From NCBI GenBank assembly GCA_903908245.1, contig CAIVRE010000002.1:90761-154760 (forward strand): 64,000 nt of DNA. Reading direction: 5' to 3'. Shown here piece by piece: positions 1 through 11,120 of the stretch. Each line of letters starts with the position of its first letter. Position 1 is the stretch's first letter. The position numbers and the translations under genes are program-made. A model generated the notes under the pieces. It was not told the origin of the DNA and searched no databases. It saw nothing but the letters and a program-made list of their open reading frames with translations. This stretch comes from Candidatus Omnitrophota bacterium. GTDB lineage: Bacteria; Omnitrophota; Gorgyraeia; Zapsychrales; Fredricksoniimonadaceae.

Positions 1-446
1 CCGGGCTGGATGCCCTTGACCTTCATCCCGTAAGAACAATCGACCTTAAGGTCACCGGGAACAGCCATACCGCTGATCTTGAACTTCTTTCGGATCGATT
101 CCCCCGGCATCAGGATCACCACCGGATCGCCCGAAGGGGCCTTGGTACCCCAATTCTGGCCATTAATACTACAGAATGTGGTCTTGTCATCGATCGTGAA
201 GGTCTTGAGCGCGTACTTACCCGCGTTGGTCACAACGAGATCGAACACGACCTTTTCCCCGACCTTAAATGTCTTGTTTTTGGTTTCGATGCTGATCTCA
301 AGCGCCGGATCAGCCCCTTGATCCGCGTCAACGACGTTCCCTCCGGGGACCACCGGAGCCTCGGCATCCTGCTGGGCAAGAACGGCCATACCCGGCGAAC
401 TCAATAACATGCCAAGAAATACTATGAACAAGATCCGATTCTTCAT
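1..446 (-). CDS. Secreted hypothetical protein, probably beta-sandwich/Ig-like (partial, runs off the window start)
   Basis: Not in the ORF track. Hand translation from ATG 446 gives MKNRILFIVFLGMLLSSPGMAVLA-QQDAEAP...LEISIETKNKTFKVGEKVVFDLVVTNAG..., a signal peptide followed by beta-strand-type sequence, open to base 1. Confidence 0.75.
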   Translation of the reverse strand, partial: MKNRILFIVFLGMLLSSPGMAVLAQQDAEAPVVPGGNVVDADQGADPALEISIETKNKTFKVGEKVVFDLVVTNAGKYALKTFTIDDKTTFCSINGQNWGTKAPSGDPVVILMPGESIRKKFKISGMAVPGDLKVDCSYGMKVKGIQP

Positions 447-501
447 AATTTCCTTAAAGAACATGTTTAATATAAATTATAATTCTCATATATTTTACCA
501 T

Positions 502-553
502 AAAAAACCATCCCGAAGATGAAAGAGATTTTCTCTTTTATCTTCGGGATGGT
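502..553 (-). terminator. Rho-independent terminator after rpoD
   Basis: Long inverted repeat ACCATCCCGAAGATGAAAGAGA / TCTCTTTTATCTTCGGGATGGT, followed on the minus strand by a T6 tract (502-507), ~40 nt after the rpoD stop. Confidence 0.85.
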
Positions 554-594
554 AGTAATACTTTCTTGGGATGATTAAACAAGCCTGCGGCTTG

Positions 595-2223
<1,629 letters not shown>

Positions 2224-2236
2224 CCCCGTTTATGGT

Positions 2237-4006
2237 TCAACCCTTGATGATCGTATTAAATTGCTCCTGGAGAGAACGGACCATATCCCAGTCTCCCGCT
2301 TTCTCCGCCAGTTTCATCGCGTCGCGCAAACGCTGCCGCTCCGCTTTCTGCCGGGTCCCCTTGATGCTTTTAACACAGTCGGCGAACATCCGCTTCTGGT
2401 CATTGAACACCACATCGTCCTGCGCAAGGCGCGTCAGGATCGACCTTGTTGCATCATCCCCGAATGAATTAATAAGCGCCGCCACGCCGACCTGTTTCTC
2501 CCTGTCGAACAACTCGTAGACTTTGGCGACGATAAGCCTGATGGCATCGTCCTTCAGGTCTTCCGGCAGGATGACCACGCGCGACTCCGCCACCCATTTT
2601 GGGTCCACCAGCATGAGCTTGAGGAGCAAACTTTCCTCAGGGGAAAGCTCCTTGCGCTCATACGCCTTCTTTGCTTCACCGCCGCCCGGCCTCGACTGCA
2701 CGATATTCCCCAGACGGCGCCGTTCTTTGATAACAGCCTCCTCGGGGATCTGCAGCCTGCCCGCCAACTCCCGCACATATCCATCCCTGACCACTTCACT
2801 TGGTATTTTGTCGATGGTGGGAAGCATCTCCTGACAGATCATCGCCCGGCCTTCGATCGTATGCGCATTATGCGCGGCCATTAAACGGCCTAATTTGAAA
2901 TCGAAAAGGCTGTGAGCTTGTTTGATCCGGTCGCGGAAAGCGTCCGCCCCATCCTTGAGGATGAATGAATCCGGGTCTTCGTCGTCGGCAAGGGCGGCCA
3001 CGCGCACGTTCATGTCCTCTTCAAGGAGGATATCCAGGCTGCGCAGGGTCGCCGCTTGGCCAGCGGTGTCCATATCAAAGAGCATAATAACATTACGTGT
3101 ATAACGCCTGATCAGGCGGACCTGATCGGCCGTAAGCGCGGTGCCCAGCGAAGCCACCACGTTCTCAATACCGGCCTCGACAGGCCGGATAAGGTCCATG
3201 TAACCCTCTACAATAATGACCGCATCCTCGCGGGTGATCGCATCCTTGGCCCAGTTAAGGCCGTAAAAATGCCGGCCCTTGGTGTAAAGGATGCTCTCCG
3301 GCGAATTGATGTATTTCGCCTTGTCATCTTTCTTGAGAGCACGCGCGCCGAAAGCCAGGGCGCGGTTACGGTAATCAAAGATCGAAAATATCACCCGGCC
3401 GCGGAACCGGTCGTAAAACCCCTGGCCCTTATCGCGAGGAACAACCAGGCCGGACTTTAAAATAACTTCATCGGAAAATCCTTTTTGCTTCAGCTCTTTG
3501 GCCAACCCGTCCCAGGCGTCGTACGCGTAACCGATCTTGAAACGTTTCACGCAATCAAGGCTGACCGTCCGCGACTTTAAATAATCCCTGGCGATCCCAA
3601 CCTCCGGCTCCTTGCCGGTAACAAGATTGCGGTGATAATACTCGACCGCCACCTCGTTGGCCTTGAACACCATCTGCCGCAGGTCATCTTTGACCCTGGC
3701 GCCCGGATCTGTTTCCGGGATGACCACGCCGGCCTTGGCCGCGAGCATCCTTACCGCCTCGGCAAAATCCAGCCGCTCATGCTTCATCACAAAACTGAGG
3801 ACGTTCCCGCCTTCATGACAGCCGAAGCAATGGAAGATCTGCTTGCCCGGCGTCACAACGAACGACGGTGTTTTCTCATTATGGAACGGACAAAGAGCTT
3901 TATAATTCGCGCCCGCCTTCTTCAACGGGATATAGCTTCCGATCAACTCGACGATATTCGTCCGGTCGATAACCTGCCCGATAACATCTTCCGGTATCAA
4001 ACCCAC
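2237..4006 (-). CDS. dnaG: DNA primase
   Basis: CHC2 zinc finger CPFH...CFGC, YDRFRGRVIF, KYINSPES, TOPRIM EGYMD and FDMDTAG; directly upstream of rpoD. Confidence 0.98.
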   Translation of the reverse strand: MGLIPEDVIGQVIDRTNIVELIGSYIPLKKAGANYKALCPFHNEKTPSFVVTPGKQIFHCFGCHEGGNVLSFVMKHERLDFAEAVRMLAAKAGVVIPETDPGARVKDDLRQMVFKANEVAVEYYHRNLVTGKEPEVGIARDYLKSRTVSLDCVKRFKIGYAYDAWDGLAKELKQKGFSDEVILKSGLVVPRDKGQGFYDRFRGRVIFSIFDYRNRALAFGARALKKDDKAKYINSPESILYTKGRHFYGLNWAKDAITREDAVIIVEGYMDLIRPVEAGIENVVASLGTALTADQVRLIRRYTRNVIMLFDMDTAGQAATLRSLDILLEEDMNVRVAALADDEDPDSFILKDGADAFRDRIKQAHSLFDFKLGRLMAAHNAHTIEGRAMICQEMLPTIDKIPSEVVRDGYVRELAGRLQIPEEAVIKERRRLGNIVQSRPGGGEAKKAYERKELSPEESLLLKLMLVDPKWVAESRVVILPEDLKDDAIRLIVAKVYELFDREKQVGVAALINSFGDDATRSILTRLAQDDVVFNDQKRMFADCVKSIKGTRQKAERQRLRDAMKLAEKAGDWDMVRSLQEQFNTIIKG

Positions 4007-4024
4007 GTGCTGCCTGCCTCTGAA

Positions 4025-4597
4025 TTATTTCTTGATCACATCTCTGAGTGTCTGCCCTACCGCCGGATTCTTCTTCTGGTCGGGCAAAAGCCGCGTCACA
4101 AAACGATCGCAAGCCTCCCGATAGAGCACCGGGGCGACCAGCAGGACATGCCTGCCGGATAATGATGATAAAGTCATGGTCTGCAAGTACTTCTGTCCGG
4201 ATGCAAGGAACAGGAACATCAGCATACTGGCAGTTAACACGAGCCGGCCCACCGCAATGACCACCGCGCCCCATTTGTCGACCGCGTTCTCCGCTTTCAC
4301 CGAAAAAAGCATCAGAAGCCCGTCACGACTGAATTTGCATACCAGCAGTGTCATCACCCATAGAAAAGCAAAAGCCGCAGCCGCAAGGAGCGTCGGCGGA
4401 ATAATTGTCTTTTGAACCACGCCGCTCAAGGCAGTATAAAAATGAAAAGAGACCATCAACGCCAACAGGAGCGCCAGGGTCTTGAGGAACTCGACCACAA
4501 AACCGGTCTGTGCGCTGACATAAAAGATCCTTATTGCGATCAGCAGAACAACAATGTCCACCCAATTAATGCTTTTGAGTATTTCCATCAGTTCCAT
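4025..4597 (-). CDS. CvpA (colicin V production) family membrane protein
   Basis: NWVDIVVLLI...GFVVE N-terminus, about four TM helices, DKWGAVVIAVGR motif typical of the CvpA family. Confidence 0.75.
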   Translation of the reverse strand: MELMEILKSINWVDIVVLLIAIRIFYVSAQTGFVVEFLKTLALLLALMVSFHFYTALSGVVQKTIIPPTLLAAAAFAFLWVMTLLVCKFSRDGLLMLFSVKAENAVDKWGAVVIAVGRLVLTASMLMFLFLASGQKYLQTMTLSSLSGRHVLLVAPVLYREACDRFVTRLLPDQKKNPAVGQTLRDVIKK

Positions 4598-4657
4598 CTC
4601 GCCCGAAAGCGCTCAAATTTCAATGGTTTATAGAGTGAGGCTATTGTGAATTGCCAA

Positions 4658-4687
4658 AGTATAACATATGACTTTTTAGAATGCCAA
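4658..4687 (-). promoter_or_regulatory. Candidate sigma70 promoter for cvpA-dnaG-rpoD
   Basis: Minus strand TTGGCA-18 nt-TATACT with a TG extended -10, ~60 nt upstream of cvpA. Confidence 0.5.
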
Positions 4688-4709
4688 TAAAAATAACGCG
4701 TACAACCGA

Positions 4710-7649
4710 TCAGCGGACTGTCGATAACCGCCAGCGCCTCAAACCCATCCAGAACACAAGAGCCAATACCAAAAGCAGCCACGAAGGTGCAGGGGAATTG
4801 ACGCTATTCTGAGGCACCTCGGGCGTTTTCTCAAAATCAAACACATCGGACGCCGCCATCATCTGCTTCTCTTTATCCTTTAAACCCCTCCATTGAGCAT
4901 CCCGTTCAACCACCATATACGCGGTTGCCGGTGTCAGGACCCCCAGCTTCCGGCTTTGTTCAACCAGCCAGGGCTTTTCCTTATCCATTAAACGAACACT
5001 GGCCATAGCCGCCTCATTGCGAAAGATCAATTCCAGCCCATGTTCATAACCCTCATCATTCAAAAGGGATCCCGTCTTCTCCAATGGCTTGAACCCTCCC
5101 GCACCAGGATCATAGACCTCTACCCGGCCGGTATCGAGCCTGTCCGTATACCCACGCGCATCGGATGACACCGCAGAAACCCTTGATCCCTGCCGCAAAA
5201 GAACAACCCTGTCACTGGCGGAAGCTTCCGATGCGCTCCACAAAGGACGCTGTTCCCTGCCTTTATTCGGTGCAATGATCAAATACTGGCCTGCCTCGGG
5301 AATATACCTCTTAAAAACATCCATTTTCTCGGAAAAAGGCAATACATTCTGAGGCGCCCCCGTTAAAACAACAAACAGCGGATATTCCTGCCAGCAATCC
5401 GAGCCCGCACGGTCCAGGCACGTTTCTTTATATTCCAATACCGCATTCTGGATAACCCTTTGCAGGTCCAGGGACCCGCGTAAAGGCAAAGACACCCGCC
5501 CAAACGCCCTTCCCAGGTACGCGGCATCACGCACATCAACAAACCCCGAAGACAATGCCCGCGCCTCAAAATTGGCTTCCGTCAATTTCGCCTTACGGAT
5601 ACCGGGATATTGCGCGGCAACGCTCCGGATCAGCGCTTCATACGCTGCCGAGCCCATCGAAGCCTGGGCAGAACGGTCAATAATAAAATGAAAGTACGGC
5701 TTTCGCGCCAAAGCTGGCAACCGGGCGATCACGCCCCCGGGCAGGATCAGCGCAGATGCGCCGACAACGCCCGCCGAAGGAGCGTCTGCTGACGCCGCCG
5801 TCAGGACAACAGGCCGGCCATTGAGCCTGACCGCAGGATAAAAATGCTCGGGGTAAAGAAAATCGATCTCGACCTGCCGCGTCTCATTCTGCAGGACAGG
5901 GAACACCTTCAATTCCACCCGGGTCGGCGACTGATAGGCCAGAAGGCCGGGATCCCGCCGGGTATTCTTGATCTGGTCATACACCCACATGGCCGTCTTC
6001 TTTTCAAAGATCCGGCCCGGCACCATTGCATCCCCAACCTTCAGGCGAAAACCGGTGATCAACACGCCCGGAGGAAGGTCGATCGTCTGATAAAATTCCC
6101 GCGGCCCGGAAAATTGCCATGCATATTGATCTTCTTTAACTGCCGTCTCGGCCTTCGGGGCCCATGCCATCGATAAACTCAAGGTGCTCTGAACAAGATC
6201 CGAAGACGGCTTAACAGATGCCACGCCTTCTGCAACAATGTTCACCTCGCGCTCATGCGGCGCCCGCCACCCTGTACCGGCCCTCATGCGCGAGCTGCGC
6301 CCCCAATAACTGCTGACTGAAACTTCCGGCAATTCTTCACCGGAGAACAATTTGTAAACATAGCTGATCTTCTCGTCAGGCAAGACCATACCTTCAAAAA
6401 CGATCGCATTATAAAGATCGGACAAATACGGGAGCCCGTCACCCTCTTTGAATTGCTTGAGCGCCCTCATGGTCCGCGCCACATCTTGCGCCGCGCCAGG
6501 GAACTTCAGGTCCCCGTGGCCTTCCGATGAATACACATATTCCAGCGCCTGCTTCAGGACGATCTTGTCTTTCACGACCTGGACACCAAAGAACAAAGGA
6601 AGGACCAGGAGCCCTGCACAAACAAACATGACGGCTCTGCGCAGCCCGAGTCCGGCTACTGCGGCTTTCCAGTCGTCCATAAGCGCTTTCGTATGGACCA
6701 GGAACAACGCAACGGGGATCCAGGCCAGAAAGCCGAACCCGAAAAACAACACCGCCAGAATACCCAACGGCAGAAAAGGCAGGACGATCAGAAAAAAATA
6801 CGCCGTAACAAGAAAAGTGACACTGCGCAGGAATAAGCCCCAGCCCACCGATCCGGGATTTCGCAATGGCGGAAGGATCATCAGGATCCCGTTGATAGAC
6901 ACCAGAACGAACAGCAATATCCCTTCAGGCCCCGTCCACACCTGGAACACCTTTATAAAAAGAGAGATCATTGCCGGGCCGGACGCCGCCAGAAGAATAC
7001 GCAGGATGGAATTCTCCAATGCTCCTTTAACAACAAGGCTTTGATAGGTTGCCATCACAAAACGGACGAACAACTGCATGAAGAACAAACACACAGCCGC
7101 AAAAATAAAGAACGGAACAAATGAGAATGCGGCATACCTGTCCCCGAAGACCATGACCGTCCCAAGCAGCAACATCGGCATCAGAAAGATCCCGCCAAGG
7201 ATAAAAACCGGCAAACGGCCTTCATCGATCTCGAGCTTATGACAGGAGATCCTGACCACCCCGTAAAATATCCCGGGCATCATGAACGTGGCCTGGGACA
7301 GAAAAAGATCGCCCTGGTCGATGATCCAGCGGTCAATATTCATGGGGACAAGCTTCATCCCGCCATTCATAAAGATATAAAGATAAATAATATTCAAGCA
7401 CATCAGGAGCACGCTCATTTTCGCGGGGACCACGGCACCCCGCGAAAAACTCTGCCACCACAGCGCCACCGCAAGGCCGATCATCGCGGCCTCACAGGCA
7501 CCGACAGCCAGCCAACTTTCCCGGGCCTCCGGCCCGACCAGCCAGCACGCGTGGCAATTGATCAAAAGAAGGACGACCTGCGGCAGGATAAAAACCCAGA
7601 TCAACGCGGCCGGCGTCCCGAAAGACTCGGGCAGATTTGGCTTATTCAT
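4710..7649 (-). CDS. MSEP-CTERM-like exosortase target: N-terminal multi-TM region, VIT domain, vWA-like region, C-terminal sorting signal
   Basis: About 10 TM helices, VIT-like GRIFEKKTAMWVYDQI...RDPGLL...ELKVFPV, FIIDRS, GVLTPATAYMVVE, and C-terminal NSPAPS + TM helix + RRWR. Start overlaps the exosortase stop. Confidence 0.8.
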   Translation of the reverse strand: MNKPNLPESFGTPAALIWVFILPQVVLLLINCHACWLVGPEARESWLAVGACEAAMIGLAVALWWQSFSRGAVVPAKMSVLLMCLNIIYLYIFMNGGMKLVPMNIDRWIIDQGDLFLSQATFMMPGIFYGVVRISCHKLEIDEGRLPVFILGGIFLMPMLLLGTVMVFGDRYAAFSFVPFFIFAAVCLFFMQLFVRFVMATYQSLVVKGALENSILRILLAASGPAMISLFIKVFQVWTGPEGILLFVLVSINGILMILPPLRNPGSVGWGLFLRSVTFLVTAYFFLIVLPFLPLGILAVLFFGFGFLAWIPVALFLVHTKALMDDWKAAVAGLGLRRAVMFVCAGLLVLPLFFGVQVVKDKIVLKQALEYVYSSEGHGDLKFPGAAQDVARTMRALKQFKEGDGLPYLSDLYNAIVFEGMVLPDEKISYVYKLFSGEELPEVSVSSYWGRSSRMRAGTGWRAPHEREVNIVAEGVASVKPSSDLVQSTLSLSMAWAPKAETAVKEDQYAWQFSGPREFYQTIDLPPGVLITGFRLKVGDAMVPGRIFEKKTAMWVYDQIKNTRRDPGLLAYQSPTRVELKVFPVLQNETRQVEIDFLYPEHFYPAVRLNGRPVVLTAASADAPSAGVVGASALILPGGVIARLPALARKPYFHFIIDRSAQASMGSAAYEALIRSVAAQYPGIRKAKLTEANFEARALSSGFVDVRDAAYLGRAFGRVSLPLRGSLDLQRVIQNAVLEYKETCLDRAGSDCWQEYPLFVVLTGAPQNVLPFSEKMDVFKRYIPEAGQYLIIAPNKGREQRPLWSASEASASDRVVLLRQGSRVSAVSSDARGYTDRLDTGRVEVYDPGAGGFKPLEKTGSLLNDEGYEHGLELIFRNEAAMASVRLMDKEKPWLVEQSRKLGVLTPATAYMVVERDAQWRGLKDKEKQMMAASDVFDFEKTPEVPQNSVNSPAPSWLLLVLALVFWMGLRRWRLSTVR

Positions 7650-8208
7650 AAAAGAGCTCCCTTTCCCAATAAATTATTACAGCGCACAGGACGGGAAGGA
7701 ACACCATCACTCCCACCCCCAAATGAAGCAACCCCTGGAACTTTTCCAGGCTCAAGGCTTGAGCCCAGGCATGAACATAATATGCACCCACGATCCGGAT
7801 GCCATTAAGAAGTATCGTTAAAAGGTACGCTCCCGCCACTGTCGCCGCAACCGCGGCCCATTTAAAGACAGGCCGGGACTGGTACCTGGAAAGGATATGC
7901 ACAACAGAAACAGAAACGATCAAAGAAAAGAACCCGAACGCGTCACACTCCCGTGTCACGCGGACCAGCGTCCCCGAAACCGGGATCACCCAACTCCCGT
8001 CGATCAGGGAAGGCTTCTGCCAGAAGAACAAACCCGCAATATATGCCGCCGGCTGCCCCCATAAAAAGTGGATCCATTGCGCCACTACACGATGGCCGGA
8101 CCACAATAAATTTGTGAACGCGAACAACCCGACCGCCTGCAGGACGATCAGGTCATTCTTGACAACACTATGCTGAACCTTTGTCGAACGATCGCTCATA
8201 AACGGCAC
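7642..8208 (-). CDS. Exosortase/archaeosortase family transpeptidase (exosortase K-like)
   Basis: Short multi-TM protein with a Cys-Arg-His triad: VTRECDAFGF, LLNGIRI, LLHLGVG; adjacent to the CTERM target. Confidence 0.85.
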   Translation of the reverse strand: MPFMSDRSTKVQHSVVKNDLIVLQAVGLFAFTNLLWSGHRVVAQWIHFLWGQPAAYIAGLFFWQKPSLIDGSWVIPVSGTLVRVTRECDAFGFFSLIVSVSVVHILSRYQSRPVFKWAAVAATVAGAYLLTILLNGIRIVGAYYVHAWAQALSLEKFQGLLHLGVGVMVFLPVLCAVIIYWERELFYE

Positions 8209-8211
8209 CGC

Positions 8212-8418
8212 TCACTTCTGCATGGTCACGTAAGTATAAGTAAAAAGCCCCCCTGTGATCATCACGGCTCCGGCAATAAAATAAACGCCGGAAACAGCGA
8301 TCAGCTGAAGGTCCCAGCCTATCGCGTACGGAACGACCAGAAGCGAACCGAACGCTCCCAGCGTGAACACCGTCAATGCAACGGCCTTACACATTGTTTT
8401 GATAGCTTCGGGTGTCAT
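8212..8418 (-). CDS. Small two-TM membrane protein (68 aa)
   Basis: Strong RBS AGGAGG 5 nt before ATG, two hydrophobic helices, stop codon 3 nt before the exosortase start. Confidence 0.75.
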   Translation of the reverse strand: MTPEAIKTMCKAVALTVFTLGAFGSLLVVPYAIGWDLQLIAVSGVYFIAGAVMITGGLFTYTYVTMQK

Positions 8419-8504
8419 AACAACCTCCTGTTTTAAACTGTCTCCATCGATCCATCGCCGCTCTTCCCGGGGGCGGCCTCTCCCGTCTGATCTTCCCTAA
8501 AACC

Positions 8505-9827
8505 CTACACCTCCTCCCGGCACCACCGATGATACGACATAGCGGCGAAAAAGATCCCGGCCGCGGCCACTGACCCTGTATGCAACAGGATCGTCCGTAC
8601 GTCATAAGCCGGGACACCCCAGAACTCGGCCAGCGCATAAGCGCCATACAACACAATAAGGCTCACCGCCATCCGCTGGTCCTTCCATGTAGCCACATAG
8701 GCCAGCAAAGCAAGGGTCATCTGCGTGAACACGCCGGTAAAGACCAGATAGGCCCAGAACTTCGACGAGTAAATGAACGGCAATCCCCACAGCACCGCCG
8801 GAATGATCCCGAAAAGGACCGATGTCATGACCCACGCCGCCAGAAGCGCTGCCGCCAGCAGGACGCCCCATTGCACGGCCACCCCTTCCCGGCGCACGGG
8901 ACGCAGCAGGGCGTAATCCCGGAACGCCACGGTACGGTAATAAAAACACAGCATCACCGTCAGCGGAGCCGCGACAAAAACGAGGAAATTGACATACGGC
9001 CGCGCATAGAATCCCGTCGGGCCAGCGATAAAAAGAACATAAGCCATGAACACCGCGGCCCCCGCCAGCAGCATCCCCCCGATGCCAGGGACCGCCTCAT
9101 CTTCCACATACGCCCAATGAAAAGCCTGGCCGATAAGGTTTTTCTGTTGCGCGTAAAGCGGGGCCTTCCGGTACACATAAGGGCGGCTTGATGTGCGGGT
9201 CCTGGCGCGGTGCAGCGGCCAGGACAGAACATACGCGTATTCCACCATGCCCTCGTTCAACATCGCCAGGCGCCACAGGAACCCCGTGAGCAACAGGACC
9301 GCCACCGCCGTCAACCCGTAGAACGCGGCATCCGACACGACCAGAAGCTGCAAAAGGTCCCGTGAATGCCCGACGATAAAAAGCAGGGCCCCGTAACCGA
9401 TGAAGAGGATCATCCTCCCGGAAATATACGCGATCACGATCGTGGCAAGAAAGGTCCCCAGGCACAGCACGATCCAGGCCCACTTGACCCGCTCCCCGAC
9501 AAGGTCCGTCAACCCCGACAGCCACCAGGCCGTCACAAAAGCCACGGCCAGCCACAAGAAACTCCCGACGGCAATATGCGCTGCACGGTACCCCGGGACC
9601 AGCCGCGCCATGGGAGACGCCATCTGGCGCTTGATCATGACCCCGAACTGAAAGGCCAGCGTCATCCAGAGACAAAGCCAGACGGTGGTCAGCTCGTCGA
9701 ACAGGTCCCACTGCTTTCCGGCCATGAACACCTTGCCCAGCGCAAGAACAGCAACAAACCCGAGGACCAGGGCCATCCAAAGCCAGCGCTCCCGATACAA
9801 CATGAGAACAGCCTGTATCCTTTTCAT
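8505..9827 (-). CDS. ABC transporter permease-like polytopic membrane protein
   Basis: About 12 TM helices in two halves (LVPGYRAAH / LRPVRRE EAA-like loops); ATGA overlap with the ABC ATPase. Confidence 0.7.
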   Translation of the reverse strand: MKRIQAVLMLYRERWLWMALVLGFVAVLALGKVFMAGKQWDLFDELTTVWLCLWMTLAFQFGVMIKRQMASPMARLVPGYRAAHIAVGSFLWLAVAFVTAWWLSGLTDLVGERVKWAWIVLCLGTFLATIVIAYISGRMILFIGYGALLFIVGHSRDLLQLLVVSDAAFYGLTAVAVLLLTGFLWRLAMLNEGMVEYAYVLSWPLHRARTRTSSRPYVYRKAPLYAQQKNLIGQAFHWAYVEDEAVPGIGGMLLAGAAVFMAYVLFIAGPTGFYARPYVNFLVFVAAPLTVMLCFYYRTVAFRDYALLRPVRREGVAVQWGVLLAAALLAAWVMTSVLFGIIPAVLWGLPFIYSSKFWAYLVFTGVFTQMTLALLAYVATWKDQRMAVSLIVLYGAYALAEFWGVPAYDVRTILLHTGSVAAAGIFFAAMSYHRWCREEV

Positions 9828-10699
9828 CGGCTCATCTCCAGAAAGATCTCTTCCAGGTTCAGATCCTCGACGTCCACCTTTACGCCCAGCGCCTTCTCAA
9901 GGCCCTGACGACGGCCCTCGTTATAACCGCGGACGGTCAATATGGCCTGCTGTCCACGGACATAACTGTTGACCAGCCCCTCCATCACCAATGGCGGCAG
10001 GGCTCCGGTAGGGCAATGCACACGGATACGCTTGACCTCGTCTTTGAGCTCATCAAGCCCGCCGCAGAAATCGATCTTGCCGGACCGCAGGACCGCCACC
10101 GTATCGGCCACACGCTCAAGGTCGGAGGTGATATGCGTCGAGAAGAAAATGGTGCACTTGCGCTCGGAAACAACTTCCAGGATGGTCTTAAGGAACTCCC
10201 GCCGCGCCACCGGGTCCAGGCTTGCCACCGGCTCGTCAAAAACCAAAAGTTCCGGCTCATGGCCCAGGGCAAGAATAATAAGGAGCTTTTGCATCTCTCC
10301 CTCTGAAAGGACCTCAACGCGCGTGGCAAGGTCCAGATCCCACTCCCGCACAAGCCTGTCCACCAGTGCAGCATTCCAATGCGGATAAAAGGACGCCGTA
10401 TACTCGATAAGCCTGCCCGCCTGAAGCCACGGATAAGGCCGATACCCCTGGGGGACATAACCGATCAACGCCTTGGCCTTGTTGGACAGGTCCCATGATC
10501 CCTCGCCGAAAACCGTCATCTTCCCCGAATCCGTCTTGAGCAAGCCCAGGACACATTTAAGCAGCGTCGTCTTGCCGGCCCCGTTCTTTCCCAAAAGGCC
10601 GATCACAGACCCTTCGGGCACATCCAGAAAGACTCCGTTGAGGACCGCCTTGCGGCCATAAGCCTTTTTGACATCTTCACAATGGATAACGTTAGACAT
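9824..10699 (-). CDS. ABC transporter ATP-binding protein (YtrB-like)
   Basis: Walker A GKNGAGKT, signature LSEGE, Walker B LLVFDEP, STH switch. Confidence 0.95.
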   Translation of the reverse strand: MSNVIHCEDVKKAYGRKAVLNGVFLDVPEGSVIGLLGKNGAGKTTLLKCVLGLLKTDSGKMTVFGEGSWDLSNKAKALIGYVPQGYRPYPWLQAGRLIEYTASFYPHWNAALVDRLVREWDLDLATRVEVLSEGEMQKLLIILALGHEPELLVFDEPVASLDPVARREFLKTILEVVSERKCTIFFSTHITSDLERVADTVAVLRSGKIDFCGGLDELKDEVKRIRVHCPTGALPPLVMEGLVNSYVRGQQAILTVRGYNEGRRQGLEKALGVKVDVEDLNLEEIFLEMSR

Positions 10700-11096
10700 G
10701 ATGATCTTCCTCCCAGATATTTTTCAATTTCGTCAGGACGCTCTCCTGGTCAAGGGACAATTGCCGCGCGCTGTTAACCACTTCCCTTATAAGCAGGATC
10801 AACCGGTCCTGGCTCATATCAGGAATAGTAATATTTTCCGCTTTGGCCGGTATCCGCATCCCCTGGCCACGCACGAATTCAATAATGCCGCTCTTCTCTA
10901 ATAAAGAATACGCCTTTGACACGGTCATGGGATTGACTTCAAGGCTCTTGGACACATCCCGGATCGAAGGCAGGAATTCACCGGCAGTGAACTTGCCCAT
11001 CGCAATTCCGATCTTGACCTGGTCATAGATCTGCCGGTAGATCGGCACGCCCGATGTTGGATTGATCTGAAAGTATAACCTGGCATTAATATCCAT
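10692..11096 (-). CDS. GntR family transcriptional regulator, YtrA subfamily
   Basis: PIYRQIYDQVK...LPSIRDVS...VNPMTVSKAYSLLE...GQG with a very short C-terminal domain; upstream of an ABC ATPase. Confidence 0.93.
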   Translation of the reverse strand: MDINARLYFQINPTSGVPIYRQIYDQVKIGIAMGKFTAGEFLPSIRDVSKSLEVNPMTVSKAYSLLEKSGIIEFVRGQGMRIPAKAENITIPDMSQDRLILLIREVVNSARQLSLDQESVLTKLKNIWEEDHHV

Positions 11097-11120
11097 ATTC
11101 CTCCTCGTATGATCTTATAC

